A stretch of 64,000 bases of DNA, taken from positions 448,001 through 512,000 of the forward strand of contig CAWAMW010000016.1 in assembly GCA_963783305.1 (NCBI GenBank). The letters are read 5' to 3'. The DNA comes from an uncultured Gemmatimonadales bacterium (lineage in GTDB: Bacteria; Gemmatimonadota; Gemmatimonadetes; Longimicrobiales; RSA9). Below are positions 63,860 through 64,000 of the stretch, in pieces. The position numbers and the translations under genes are program-made. Each line of letters starts with the position of its first letter. Position 1 is the first letter of the stretch. A model generated the notes under the pieces. It saw nothing but the letters and a program-made list of their open reading frames with translations, was not told the DNA's origin and searched no databases.

Positions 63860-64000
63860 GATGCCCCGATTCGTCTGTCCGGCTGAGAGCGGAGACACCC
63901 AAGGGGAGCGGTCTCCTCCGTCGGGTGATGCCCGACCCAAACAACGAAATTTAGCGGTGGTGGCCGGATTATTCAACTCGCGGTACCGTCCTCGGGACCT

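Noticed and set aside
1..64000. tRNA, rRNA, tmRNA, SRP, RNase P, IS or prophage elements
   Set aside because: No recognisable signatures in the intergenic regions by eye; a covariance-model search could still find divergent RNAs

Overview
High-GC bacterial chromosomal window that is mostly core genome. The SusC/SusD pair, the NagB-PIG-L fusion and the overall gene set suggest Gemmatimonadota (Longimicrobiales-like); this is an inference. No rRNA, tRNA, CRISPR array, transposase or phage gene was recognised. In order, the window carries: a pspA locus; a peptidoglycan/amino-sugar salvage cluster (namZ, nagZ-amiE-like fusion, nagB-PIG-L, SSS transporter); a DUF5916 outer-membrane protein; an intact archaeal-type gatE-gatD operon before tyrS; susC/susD; folK; an operon of two ATP-grasp ligases, a GNAT and a lysine 2,3-aminomutase behind a terminator-containing structured leader, with a divergent YbdK ligase; aroB; an acyl-CoA ligase; a NYN-LOTUS-HhH protein; mpg; etfBA convergent with ETF-QO; a tungstate/Moco operon (tupABC-fdhD-mobA-moeA); pncB; fabI; NlpC/P60; dacB-LysM; acpS; an ANTAR regulator with a degenerate hybrid kinase next to glnA; a Fur/PerR regulator; and a DksA/TraR-like gene. 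The strongest leads are (1) bacterial GatDE, (2) the beta-lysine/ATP-grasp operon and its candidate attenuator or riboswitch, and (3) candidate RNA switches before glnA and tupA. All calls come from reading motifs by eye; no database searches were run. Several start codons were adjusted from the ORF track using RBS and stop/start overlap evidence.
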